DNA of 64,000 nt from Curvularia clavata (lineage: Eukaryota): NCBI GenBank assembly GCA_023920165.1, contig CP089274.1, forward strand, positions 4,092,001-4,156,000. Reading direction: 5' to 3'. Positions within the stretch are counted from its first letter, which is position 1; the number at the start of each line of letters is the position of its first letter. Positions 13,062-25,392 of this stretch are shown piece after piece. A program made the position numbers and the translations under genes. The notes beneath the pieces were generated by a model. That model had not been told where the DNA came from. It was given only the letters and a program-made list of their open reading frames with translations, and searched no databases.

Positions 13062-14711
13062 CTACACCAGCTTCTCGCCAGTGACCTTCAAAAGCATGCT
13101 GCCGCTACCAGGCTCGCTCACCACAATCGCCTGAGCCAACTTCTCATCCGTGATATCCGGGAACCTCTTCTTATAGTACTTCTCTATCCAAGCCTTCTTC
13201 ACAGCTTCGACCTTATCTTTGGGTACTAGGTGTACGCTGCATCCACCCCAACCGGCTCCCGTCAGCCGGCTGCCACAAGAACCAGCAGCGCGTGCCAAGT
13301 CGCAAAGCTCATCTAGCTCGGGGCAACTGCAGTCGTAGATCTCGCGACACGAGTCTTGAGTTGTGTTCATGAGGTCACCAAGCGATTGCAGGTACTCCTT
13401 GTCCTTTGACGGCGGTGATGCGAGCAGCGAGCGGAATTTGATGACACGAAGGGCTTCGGTGAAGACATGTAGAGCGCGCTGGCGAAGCATGAACTTTTCG
13501 GCACGGACTGGGAATTTAGACATGTAACGCTGGTTAAGCTCCTCAACGGAGATGCCAAGCAGACCACTGATCTGTTCCCTTGTGTAGCCTTCCTCTTGTG
13601 GGAGGTAGTCTTCTGTGTGCTGAATCAACTTGGTCAGCTGACTCTCAAACTCTGAGGCGGAGACTTTGGTGTTGTCAGCCACGCCCTCCTTGTCCTCAAA
13701 GTAGGTGTCGTGGAAGCCGCGCAGACTCACTCCTAGTGGTGAGGAGTCTGTTGGAAGCGCCTTCTTGAGGCCAAATGCCTTCGCCAGGAAAACTGCTGCC
13801 AGAGTGCATTCTACTACACGTAGGTTGTAGCAAACTGGGGCGGTGACATGCTTATCGGCTGCGACGAAGCTTTGAGCAGTGACGAATGCGAGCTCAGGGT
13901 CGGTCTGAGGAAATTCAATGTTTGTGCACTTCAGGCTAGGTTTGAAGGAAACGTAGAGGGCGGAGCCGCGCAGTGAGAAAACAGAGGCTGCTTGATCCAT
14001 GCTGGCACGCATTAGTTGCGAATACAATAAAGGCAGGTACCTGCTTACCCTCCTGAGTTCACGCCAACTGAACGCTCAGATACTATCGCAAGCTCACAAA
14101 GTTCAGTCTTGTCAATTTTCTGCTCGCCATTTGCGTTGAGAACAGCCAATGCACTCGTGCATACCACGGACGCCGAACTTGAGAGTCCGCCACCGCTTGG
14201 TACAGTTCCATCGCACACGATATCCATGCCGACTGATGTGAATTTACCTCGCTTCTTCTGGAGGAGTTCTGTTACACCCTTGAGACCGGACTTGAAGTAG
14301 TTGGTCCATTCATGTTCGGTAGCATCGATAGGAATCTCTCCTTCGGGAATGTCGAACTCGCGTGTAGGGAACTTCTCTGAGTTGAGGTTCGCGATTCGTA
14401 CTCGTGGCTTCTCATCAGACGGTCGCACAGCAACTGCCATGATGAAGTCGGCTGTGATAGCCATTGGTAACACCTCATAGAGGGAATAGTCAATGTGCTA
14501 TGCGATATAAGTCATGAATCATACGATGGGTACCCAAGGCGTTTACCTCGCCAATGATGTTGACACGGCCAGGACTTCGGGCGACAAAGTCGGCCTGCTT
14601 GCCATAGAGATCTTTGAACTTGGCTAGCAAGCTGTCCCATCGCTTGGTCTCTGCTGGAATCGCGTCCTCGGGGTAGATGTCGCGTAGCGACAATGCTGTT
14701 GGAACTTCCAT
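13062..14711 (-). CDS. GAL1: Galactokinase (GHMP kinase)
   Basis: Motifs SPGRVNIIGEHIDY, PSGGGLSSSAS, GGMDQAAS and GSRLTGAGWGGC. Introns 14546-14498 and 14048-14002. Confidence 0.96.
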
Positions 14712-15294
14712 GTTGACGGCACTGACTTGACGTGAAGGGCAATGCAGAAAATGGAAGAGAAAAATAAGAGAGCAAGGAGACGAAGAGGAAGAGAGAAAGA
14801 TCAGGGAAACGAAATTGATTTGAACTCGCGGAGAGTCGCAAGATCACAGGTAAAGGCGCGGCGGGGTCCAACTGACGACAAGTGGGGTGCTCGAGCTTAG
14901 CCGTTTTGAGGAGTGCATCCGACAACACCGAATCCGGTCCGTCGTCTGCATCGAGCTGCAGGTACCGTCTTAGTTCCGATGGCGCAAGCTTCTCCAAAGC
15001 ATAAGCCGTAAGGCTGATGCGCTTGTGGAGGAGCCATTGGTAGCCACTGACCAAACGCTAGGCTATAAGTGCAGACCGCCTTCCCAGAGCTCTTCTCAGG
15101 TGTTTTCCAGGGAGCTGAAAAATGTCGAAAAGGCGACAACTCGCCAGTGCTCAATTGGTTGCAAACAGTGGACATTGAGCTGGTTCGGGCGCAGTGTGCT
15201 AGAGCGTTATGCCAACCCAAATAGAATGCTCCTCCAAGGTGCGAGAAGTCCGTGTTCGTGAAATGTCTTTGATTGAATTTTATGCCGTGTCTGT

Positions 15295-16060
15295 TTAGCC
15301 CAAACCTCGTCCTCGGCCACGCAGTCCTCGCCCTATACCACTGCCAGCCCGACCCCGTGTCGAATCGCTGCGGCTAATGCCCCTTCCTCCTTGTCCACCT
15401 ACCCCGACATAGTTTCCCGTAGACGATGTTGAAGCACCGCGTGGTCGGCCACGTCCTCTGCCTCGCGAGCCTGTTTTTGCTGCAGCTTCTGCCTTGCGGC
15501 GGTCTTCTTCTATCTTCATCGCGGCAGCTTCTCTCCGTGCTTGCTCTTCAGCAGCACGCCGTTGTGCAGCCTGCTGGCGGTGTACCTCTTCCTCCTCGAT
15601 ATCGACCAAATCTTGCGACGCACCTTGCCATTGGGGGTTCAGCACGAGACGCTGGTTGTGTTCAGTTTGCGACAGGATACGGGTCCATGTTTGCAGCAGC
15701 GTGGATGCGTTTTGCACAGTGCGAGATACTGTCTAAGAAGCTTGTTAGCTATTTTCATGCTTTGTCTCTTAGACGTGCGCTCCTTACCGACATATTTTCT
15801 TTGGCCTTTTGTAAGCTCTCAATGACACCCTCAATGACCTTGTTCACATTTCGTATGCTTTCTAGCTCCCTACGCAATGTTTCTTCCCTCGCCTCTTCAG
15901 CAGTATAATGAGATTCTTTCGCTCGTGGTCTGGGGCCTGCTACGCCTTCTGCGTCGCTCTCAGCACCTTTTGTCTTGCGCGCTGCGGGGGTATCAAACAA
16001 AGCGTCCCCTTCCATGTCCGAGTCGGAGAGATCGAGTGCTCCCAGGTTAGGCGGATCCAT
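15295..16060 (-). CDS. DUO1: DASH/Dam1 complex subunit Duo1
   Basis: LRRELESIRNVNKVIEGVIESLQKAKENMS/TVSRTVQNASTLLQTWTRILSQTEHNQRLVLNPQWQGA matches the Duo1 core. Intron 15787-15733. RG-rich tail. Confidence 0.85.
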
Positions 16061-16586
16061 TTTTACGCAGTATTCCTTTCAGAAAAAAGCAGCACGCGTG
16101 CGACAAATCAATCTGGCACAAGTCAGGACGATTGACAAGTGTTTGGCGTGTTTGACGTATGCGGTATGGCGGGGCCAGGCGGTTGAGCACAGGCCAGGGT
16201 GGTTGCGCCGGGGGCCTTTGTTGATGTGCGGGTGCACTGACCGCGTTGCCAAGGAACCGCACCCGCCATCTCCCAGCCTCGTCACTTCCTTCATCCTGCA
16301 TCGACCCTTCCCTATCTGAGTGCCCCCATTGTCTCCACCCGCACTTAGGCTGCACCCTCCTATTCACCCTCACAATCCAGCCCTACATCCATATTCACGC
16401 CAATACACTGCACCACACTGTTCTTCATCGCTGCAGCTGACCGCGCATAGTACCATTGGAGCTCCGTTTCGACTTGTTTTGATCTTGCATCTCCACAATT
16501 CATATTCCCATTGCTACAACAACATCGCAGCCGCATACCCCTAAACAAACACACAAACATTCACCCACAAACACTCAACGCTCACC

Positions 16587-17897
16587 ATGGAGCGTACACC
16601 ATCTCCGCCTCGTCGCCTGCGCACTCCACCCGCACCGCACCATGGAGACAATTACGAACCATTCTCGCCGCGTCGGTCTAGCCGAGTGGCCGCCCGACGC
16701 GACGCTCATCTTCACCACGCGCAATCCACCCCACGGGCCAGGCGCGACGTGACCCCCACAGCCATGAGCAAGTCCTCGTCCGCCCGCGCAAACGCCTTCA
16801 CTCTTTCACCGCCCTCGTCACCTCATCAACCCCGCTCTCCACGCTCTACCCGTCGCGCGCCCTTGAATGCCAATCCGCTCGACTCCGACTCCGACTGCGC
16901 TGCACCTTCATCAAGCCGACGCCTGCTGTCAGCAACAATGACTGGCGGCATGCTGCCAACTCCAGCTAAGACGCCTCGCAAGCGCCGAGTCGAGGACATG
17001 AGTTCGACTGCGCGCGTCTTGTTTCCCACTAATCGGCCCTCTACCATTGATGAAGCCATGCCAACCCCGCGCAAACCGCGCAAGACCAAGGACCTCTACA
17101 CTCTGGAAAGCTTTGCGAAGCACATGGACGAGACCACCGAGAAGATTCCTATCTACACCGATTCCAAGGAACGCGTGCCTACACCTGGTGCACAGACTGA
17201 GGAGAACCCGTTCCTTAGCACCAGAGGCAAGGGAAAAGCAAAGAGTGCTCCGGCAAAGCAGAGGAAGACGGTGGACAAGAAGACGGCTAAGATGGAGGAG
17301 GCAGTTAACCGCGACGAAGGCATGGTTTACATCTTCCGTGGTCGCAAAGTGTTCCGCAAGTTTCACGACGATGCCCCGTCTGGCGCTTCAGAAGCAGAGC
17401 AAGACGGCGATCTCTCAGCTGACGATAGACGACTCCGCCGCCACATCGGTCATGAGGCTCGTCGACCGCTTACACGTTCATCTATCAAGCCACGTCTGCT
17501 ATTCCAAGCCGAGATCAAGGAACGTAACCGCGCAAATGGAATCGAAGATGATGATGAAGAAGCGTTGACGGACATTGAACCTTCTGTCGCCACCCCGAGT
17601 CGCAGCAAGGGCAAGAACGTGGTTCAAACGCCTTCTCTAGCCACCACGCCGCCGCCTACCGTTCGCAAGGTCAAGAAAGGTCAGTCTATTCAATCCATAC
17701 TTCCTTGCCCTTCCCGTATTAACATTTTCGTAGAAATCTCATTCGATTCTTGGACGCGCGTCAAGTCGGCTCATGGTTCAAGCAGCTCGGCCAAGGCGTC
17801 TAAGAAGCGCAGTGGTGAGCCGCTTGAACGTGAGGCAGGCGACAAGCGAGCTCGAAGTGAGCAGTCCTCCTTTTCTGTGTCTTTTGACAGCATCTAA
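16587..17897 (+). CDS. Putative Rum1/Sic1-family CDK inhibitor
   Basis: Disordered S/T-P-rich protein with collinear motifs PTPAKTPRK, ENPFLS, EGMVYIFRGRKVFRKF and IKPRLLF, like those of S. pombe Rum1. In-frame 54-nt intron 17680-17733. Confidence 0.7.
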   Translation: MERTPSPPRRLRTPPAPHHGDNYEPFSPRRSSRVAARRDAHLHHAQSTPRARRDVTPTAMSKSSSARANAFTLSPPSSPHQPRSPRSTRRAPLNANPLDSDSDCAAPSSSRRLLSATMTGGMLPTPAKTPRKRRVEDMSSTARVLFPTNRPSTIDEAMPTPRKPRKTKDLYTLESFAKHMDETTEKIPIYTDSKERVPTPGAQTEENPFLSTRGKGKAKSAPAKQRKTVDKKTAKMEEAVNRDEGMVYIFRGRKVFRKFHDDAPSGASEAEQDGDLSADDRRLRRHIGHEARRPLTRSSIKPRLLFQAEIKERNRANGIEDDDEEALTDIEPSVATPSRSKGKNVVQTPSLATTPPPTVRKVKKGQSIQSILPCPSRINIFVEISFDSWTRVKSAHGSSSSAKASKKRSGEPLEREAGDKRARSEQSSFSVSFDSI

Positions 17898-19791
17898 CGG
17901 CGCACACAGCCCGTTCGTCTTAAAGCGTGATGTTTGTGATATGTCGTCTGCGACGGCGCTGTTGCTGCATTTTGCTGAGACGTAGCTGGCATCTTCTTGC
18001 ATGGTCATGTTTGCTTGGCCATTGTTTTCATTACAAGCATTACTTATCTGTTGGCCTTTTTGTGTTTTTTTCGCGCCTGGATTTTCTGTCTGTTTAGAAG
18101 AAGGATACCCACGATTACGAAAACAAAAAGTGCGTGGCACGCTAACGGCCTGAATCGCACTTGGTGTAGCTGTTCGCACTCCCCAGTGGGGTTTTTGTGC
18201 GCGCTCTAATTCTGTAATTTTTGGGGGATGTGAAGGTGGAAATGGGCCCCCGGTGGAGCGGGCGTTTTATCTGGTTGGGATGCTACGGGTTATGTAGCAA
18301 AGTATATAGATCAGAGCCTTGACTTGGCTCATGGGCATATCCTGCTTGACGGGGTTGGCCGTGAACTCTGATTTGCATGCAATTGGCAATTGCAGGTCAA
18401 GGGCGATGATGGGACGGTAGTTTAGATGAACAATGAAAATGTCAGATGAGAGTTTTCTTCGTCTTATTATCCATCGCAATGATCAAAACGCGTCTGAATG
18501 TGAAGAGGATGGTGAAGGTGAAGGTCTTTATGCGACGCTGCGGCTTGTGATATGCACGTGACTTGGAGTGAAAGTCCTTGAAACTATATGACAGTGGGGC
18601 ATTTCCTGGCAGTTGTTGACTTGACTAGCAATGTGCTAAATGCTTCTGTGATTGGTTGATTCAATGAGATAGCAAGTTTTACTGTTTTGTAGTTGTGCAT
18701 TGTGGTGCCATTTTAGTAGACTGCCGGCATATATATGGATCTCTTTCCAGCGTAGCTTGACACCCTCTTCACTTGACTCACTAGTAGGTATCGCTGCTTT
18801 GGCTTCTAATTGTGGCTCATCTTTTGATTTCTTGAGCTGGATCCCGTATTGTGCTGCAGTGTGGTGGGGAGTATGAAGATGTGATATATAAGATCTACAC
18901 ATTGGTAGGAACACGTGTTTAACGATAAGACATCGTTTTGAGTTTTCTCAAGTGAATACTCAAATCAAGTCTGCTAACAGTGTAAGATTGCATGAATGCA
19001 CTCTGCGGAGACCCCACATTGCCTGAATGGGCTCACAGACACAGCCCCTCGGCCTTTCGCTTCGCTACCACGTTCGCTACGTATAGTTAGCTCTGACCGA
19101 TAACGAAAACCAAGTGCAAATTGCGTCTTCTGCAACCTGCTTAGTAGTGTTGGATGATTCCAGTCAGCGATTACCGATAACTTGCTAATGTTAAAAGCTC
19201 AGGAGCATTGGATGTGAAGTAAAACGCTCCACCTGGCATAATGGTGTAGTTGACGCCATTGCCTAATCTACTTGCTCATCACGAAGGTAGTATCATCGAC
19301 GACTCTCGGGGGATTTAGTGGCGTATCATGGCTGGAAAGTGACCAGGCTGGGACAAGGCTGAAACACAATTTGATTGGTTTAGATCAAACAGATGTGCTT
19401 CTGTATCGGCGCAGACCCATAGTTCTAGCCCACGACAATTAAATCTCTGCTGTAGTGGCGGAATGCTGGTGGAATACAGCTCACGTGGGCACATTACTGC
19501 AAACCCCTCGCGGTGCAAACCCTCGGCAAGAAACTTTCCACTTCTGTGATATTGAATTGAGCTCAGGTATTCTTCTACCGTCTCAACCCCACTATCCTAA
19601 CGTTCGGTTGTAATTACCGCCCAACAACAGGCTGACAAGCCCCGCGTGGCCTTTCTAAGCGTTGAGTGCATGCCCATGCATCGCCACTGCCACGAACGCA
19701 TCTATCCTGGATTTCAAAAGGGAGCCTTGTAGCGCATCGCAATTAAGAGACGTGTGACCTTTTGGTTCTCTATTCTGAATAGTCGAGTTCA

Positions 19792-22700
19792 ATGAGCCTC
19801 AGGCAGAATTTGCCGCTCAGGATTAGCTCGTCTGTAGCAAGCCAATCTCAGGCAGAACAACTGGCCCAGGACTTGCGGGATGCTGTTGAACGTACTGTGG
19901 AAAATGTTGCTGAGAACGAAAAACCCTCCCACCGGCTCTTGCCAAGGGCCGAACTTGTTCGGATACTCAACTACCGGTCGTTGCAACTGTTATTCATGGA
20001 ACTTCTTTCTGGTGCGCCCTTACCCGGAGAAACCGAGCGTTTTGTGATACGACGCATTGATGCGACGTTGGGTAGACCATCACGAATGTTACTCCTTGCA
20101 ATGTTCTTATACGAAAACCGCGAGGAATTGCTTTCCCTATACCTGGAATGGCTGGACGCTTTGCTTGATGATAATCCAGCCGATTATGACCATGTCATTC
20201 CTTCAGATGATTCTATACCATTCACGACGGAGACGCTGTACATATCTGGAGTTCCAGAGAGGCACCACAGATACATATTCGAGAATCAAGCAATATTTAA
20301 ACCTGTGACGCTTCAGCAACTGGCGCATCACAGAATTAACAACGGGGAGCGCTTGCCCTTCATTGGTAGACAAGAGCCAATCAAACCAGGCTCTTCAGGT
20401 GATGTTATGAAGGCCAAAATAGCCCATGGTCACTGGGAAATTGAAGCAGATCACGACTTCGTACCTGGTAATCCAAACCACCCAAAGGTTGTGGCTCTCA
20501 AGATCTTCAAGGATGTGGGAACTGTACGCAATATGAATGAAGCCACTCGAGACTTCATAATGGAGCTCAATATTCTCAAAGAACTGCGAAACTCCGAGAT
20601 CAAACATGATACGATCCTGCTGGACCTGGGCAGCATAACTGTACTTGGCGAGAACAAAACCCCAATTAGTCACTGTCTGATTTTCGATCTCGCAAGTTTC
20701 AGTTTGAATGATTACCTCAGGAATCAGGATCTCGCTCAAGGACACGTCAAACAATCTCATTTGCTTCAGAAACTTGTTGACATCGTCGAAGCATTATCAT
20801 TCTTGCATGACAGACTCGACACTTTACATCTCGACATAAAACCTGACAACATCTTGATCTTTGAAAATGGTGGAATTGGAAGTCAGTATGACCAGATCTG
20901 GAAACTCAGCAACTTCGGTCTGGCTCGCAAGATAACTGCAAGGCAAAGGGATACGTCTTCACAGGCTTTGACAGCCACATCGTCAGCACTCGCTAGGCCT
21001 GCGGTAAGACCGGCGGGTATATATCAAGCCCCTGAAATCCACGAGCAGGACACCAGTCAGGCACGTCGACGTACTGATGTCTGGTCTGTGGGTTGTGTTA
21101 CACTCATGGTACTCGCGCTTATGGTCGAAGGATCAAAGGCAGTGATCAGCTTGGAAAGTTCCTTGCTGGTTCACTTCTTGGATGATGATAGCAGACATCC
21201 TTTGTTCTACATAAGAAACGACACGTACAAGTGGAAATACCGAATGGCATACAAATACTGGTATTTACCCAGATTGACCCCCGAGAAAGATTACATTACT
21301 AGTACAGGGAGACAATTTTGGGCTGCTTTGCATCCTAATCTCATCGAGTGGTCTAATTTGCTACTTTTTGAATCGTGCGCTCGGAAAGTTCATCAGCAAT
21401 TCGTACTAAAGATACTTCAAGTTATTTTTGGTAAGGTTCTTCGGATTGACCGTAACAAAAGACTGAAAGCACATGCTCTGCGCAAGAGGCTCGCAGATAT
21501 CCAACAAGACTGGGAAATGTATGAGCTCGTACCTGAAAGCTATTCGTATAACGAGATCTCAACAAATCTGCATCTTGAGAAATCTCCTAAATTCCGGAAA
21601 CCTCAATCTAGCCTCCAAGGACAATCGAAACTACCCTATGCATAACAAGTCGTCGAGAGTCGTTTTCTTCACGCGAAACCGACACCTTATGAGCCTCAGC
21701 AGAATCAGAGAAATCTGATGGACAGACAAGAGAATTTAGTTCCACGAAAACTTCATGGACGAACTGCGCCGGGTCTCGTATATGAGTCAGAAAACCGAAA
21801 CTCAGGTGGCGAAGCCCAAAAACCCTTAGATGATATGTTTGGGGTCAGCAAACCGATATTTTCGACAAACCACAAGAATGCAAGTTCCAAAAAACGCGAT
21901 CTCATTGCAGACGGTCTACCAAGTAGTGACCCTCAGTTCCCAGTTCTGAATTCTGAAGAACATATCAATAAGAAGGAGGAGATTAACAATCCTGAAAGAC
22001 CAAGTTTGCCCTTTTTAGATGAAAGGGAAAAGTTCATTGTCGTATCTGAAGCATACGTACAGCCAAGTGCCAGCCTTCACAACGCCGTCTTCGATCCAGA
22101 GGCAATTACGGACACCAGTCCAATCAACACACCCTATCGGATTCATTGGAGTTGCGTAGGTCACCTCTAAATTATTAATACACATGTTCGCTAATCTACC
22201 TTGAAGAGCTGTGGCCACAGAGATTTCGACGATTTCACAGAAACTGTTCCTGGCGCTGTTGCCAAACTTGCCAAACTCTTACATGCCAACGGAGTTCGGT
22301 CTTACGTGGAGATTCACCCATCTGAGCCTAGGTTCTTTCTATTATATCTTCTACACCTCCTGATTCGTAATGTGGTTGTTTATCATGCCAAGGCCGCTGC
22401 CACACTCTTTCGGAACGTCTCCAGACCAAGTACCCCCAACCCATCTTCTGCAAGATCCGCAGGACGCCCTGATCCAACCAACTTATCTACGACGGCTAGC
22501 AGTGGACAGCAAAGTACACAATCGACCAGCGGTGTGCGTAACATGGGTTCTCACAGCAGCGCTGCAGGGTCCGCTCATATCTTAGTTACGCAACGTCAAC
22601 AGCCTTTGCCGAGCTCCCAAAACGACCACATGCTGTTGTGCGTAGATGAGAAAGGTTGGTTAACTACTTGGGAAGACTTGGACGTATCCCCGATCAAATC

Positions 22701-23333
22701 GGATAGAGAGCTTTTTGACTCGTTCCGTATACGAATCAAAAGGAGGAAACGCTGGATCCATCAACTGACTAGGTTGAAGACTATCCAACGCATTTCTTTC
22801 GTGAAGGTAAACTATCTTCCATAACTCCCCTACAACATAACCATCATCAATGAGGCGCGAAATTGATAAGAACACAGTTTGCGCTCCGTCAAAACCAGGA
22901 AGTCGACCAGCTCCAGCACGACGAAATTCCACCTCCTACAGTGACCCACTACGATTTCCATGAGCGCATCCCAGGCCACATTCCGCCTATTGGCAACCGA
23001 TTTCTCATGCATAGATTCTCTAACAGCGCTCACTGTGGAGACAGCACATACTGCTTACATCAAATTCCAAAGCGTATACGTGGCCGACCGCAATGCGGTT
23101 TTGCGCCGGATCATTTCACTGCATGGGGGCTTTACTTTCATGAGAATTTTGATATCACTAGACTTTGCTTTTGCAGCTTTGTCATGGTTCTGATTAGTTT
23201 GGTATTTGGAATAGTGTGGGCAGCTTGTAAGAAAAGCATCCAGGACGGGTTCACAGTTGCCTCGTATATCTTAGCGCTTGAAGCGTTGATTGTTGGAACT
23301 GTTCAGGTTGGGATCGGCTTGGATTGGATTTGA
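19792..23333 (+). pseudogene. Fungal protein kinase-like domain fused to a C-terminal membrane domain; interrupted by one in-frame TAA
   Basis: Kinase motifs VALK, HLDIKPDNIL, NFG (for DFG), YQAPE, DVWSVGC. After TAA at 21643-21645 the same frame continues (QVVESRF...) into ORF 21718. Introns 22156-22206 (IHWSC/SCGHRDFDDF) and 22807-22877 (FVK/FALRQ) lead to two hydrophobic helices. Confidence 0.7.
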
Positions 23334-23596
23334 ACAACTCTTGAATTGAAGAGACAGCTTGTTCATGTATAAGCGATGTTGTTTGCTGTTAAAAGTCTTC
23401 CCGACGGTACGAACCTCCATGATGGTGGGTAAGACGGCCGCAACAATAAAGATTGTTAACATTGGACCACCGTTTCATGCTCTTACTCTTGCTTGGAAAA
23501 GCATGGAAGTAGATATTATTTTGTGGCTCCATTTCCTATCCAGCCGATTGTATTGTTGTGTAGCTTTTTCAAAAGGAGACATTACCATACGGCGCA

Positions 23597-24730
23597 TTGA
23601 TGTTTCCAACAGTCTTAATGTGGGGAACACCAGTACGTTGGTCCTTGCCTCAGTCGAGCTTAGAAGATGAGGCACCACAGTTCGAACTCAATACGGGACT
23701 TCATCAAGCATCCAAATTTGGGGTGGCTGATTGTGTGCAGCAATTACTTCAAGACCCTGATGTTGATGTCAACGCGGTTGAGAACGAAGATGAAACACTC
23801 CTGACACTGGCCATAATGAATGGTCATGATAAAGTTGTTGAGCTTCGCTTGCGAACAGATACAATTGACTACTGGCTCCGGAACAAGCGATGAGAAACTC
23901 TCTTCCTTTTAGCGGCAAGAGGCACGAACACAGAAGTTGTCAAGCATCTGCTAGCCAAGGGCGTTGAAATCCAAGCACAAGACAAGGGAGGGGGGAACGC
24001 GCTCCACATAGCTGCCGAGTCCCACTGGGATAGTGCTCAGATGGCTGAGTTACTCATCGCTGAAGGTGTTGAGATCAATGCGAAGAACAATAATGATGAG
24101 GTGCCTTTACATAAGGCCATAAGCAGCACCAGCCCCAAGGTTGTTAACATTCTGTTATCTCATGGGGCGGACAGTTCCGCCACTACGAAAGCGGGAATGA
24201 CGCCGCTTCACTATGCAGCTTGTGGGGACCTAGCGATAGCGCAGGCACTGCATTAGGCTGGTGCAGACATAAACGCTAAGGTCGAAGACGGGGAGATTGT
24301 CCTGAAAAGGGCTGTATTCTTCCAAAAACGCGAAATTGTGGAGTAGCTGCTATCTCTTGGTGCAGACGCTACAACGGTTTCCAAAGGTGGATGGACACCG
24401 CTACACTCCGCGGCTTTGGGAAAGGATCTCCTGATAGTACGAGCGCTGCACCAAGTAGGCGCAGACATGCACGCTCGCAACCTGTGGGGGGACACTGTTT
24501 TGAGTTTAGCTATAGAACAAGATCGCGCTGGCATGGTTGAGTGGATTCTCTCAGTAGACATCAGGTCATCAATCCGAGACCTATATAAGCTGCGCATGGC
24601 ATTGGGATTTGGAGCTTTTGACACATTGAAGCTATTAATCAACAAAGGCGTTGGATGCAACGCGCATAGCGGGATTCCTGCGAGCATTCCAGAAGGTGTT
24701 TGTCAAGTAGGCCATAAAGATACTGTCTAG
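23597..24730 (+). pseudogene. Ankyrin-repeat gene broken by three nonsense codons
   Basis: ORFs 23597, 24041 and 24416 share one frame, with stops at 23891, 24254 and 24344. The intervening sequence still encodes ankyrin repeats (ETLFLLAARG..EVVKHLLAKG, GNALHIAA, GWTPLHSAA). Confidence 0.85.
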
Positions 24731-25392
24731 AGTGTCATTGCATTATCACATAGGAAACATCCCTTTCTAAGGTCTTGTTCTGTTTACACTTGTCTTTTGA
24801 TCGCTCTAGCTTGAAATTTATGACAGTCATAAAAGAATTGACAGATATTAGCATAAACGCCAACTTAGGCAGAAAGCGGACAAGTAAGAAAATCTCGCAA
24901 ACGAGATAATGGCTGCAAAAGTCTCAAGGTCGTAGCCACTTTACCATGCTTCGGCACTACTCAACATTGTTTTCAAATCTTGCTACTAAATCATGATAGC
25001 CTACACTGCCTGAGTGAATCTCCATTGGGCACATTGTGATAGATGCGCGACCTAGGACGGATCGGGTAGATATTCTCAAGGCTAGTAAGATATAGTCATA
25101 TGCACCAGTCACTCTAGTTTAGAAACATACACGCTTCAACATAAGCCAAGAGCTAAAAAGAATTAGATCGAGCCCATCAGCTCCAGGGACTTCTCCCACA
25201 GACCATAGAGACTGCAGAGATCTTTTAAGAAATAAGCGAAAGCATGAATGATTTTGCTGGATGAGAAGGCAAAGGCCATCGGTATGTAATATAATCGTGC
25301 TCATCAGCACTGGACAACACACCCGCTCTAGAATTTACTGATACAATCCATGATAACTTGGCAGCACACACCCCTCTTCCTATCTTTCAGCA

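Noticed and set aside
13062..14711. GAL gene cluster
   Set aside because: No GAL7 or GAL10 nearby; an unclustered galactokinase is normal in filamentous ascomycetes.
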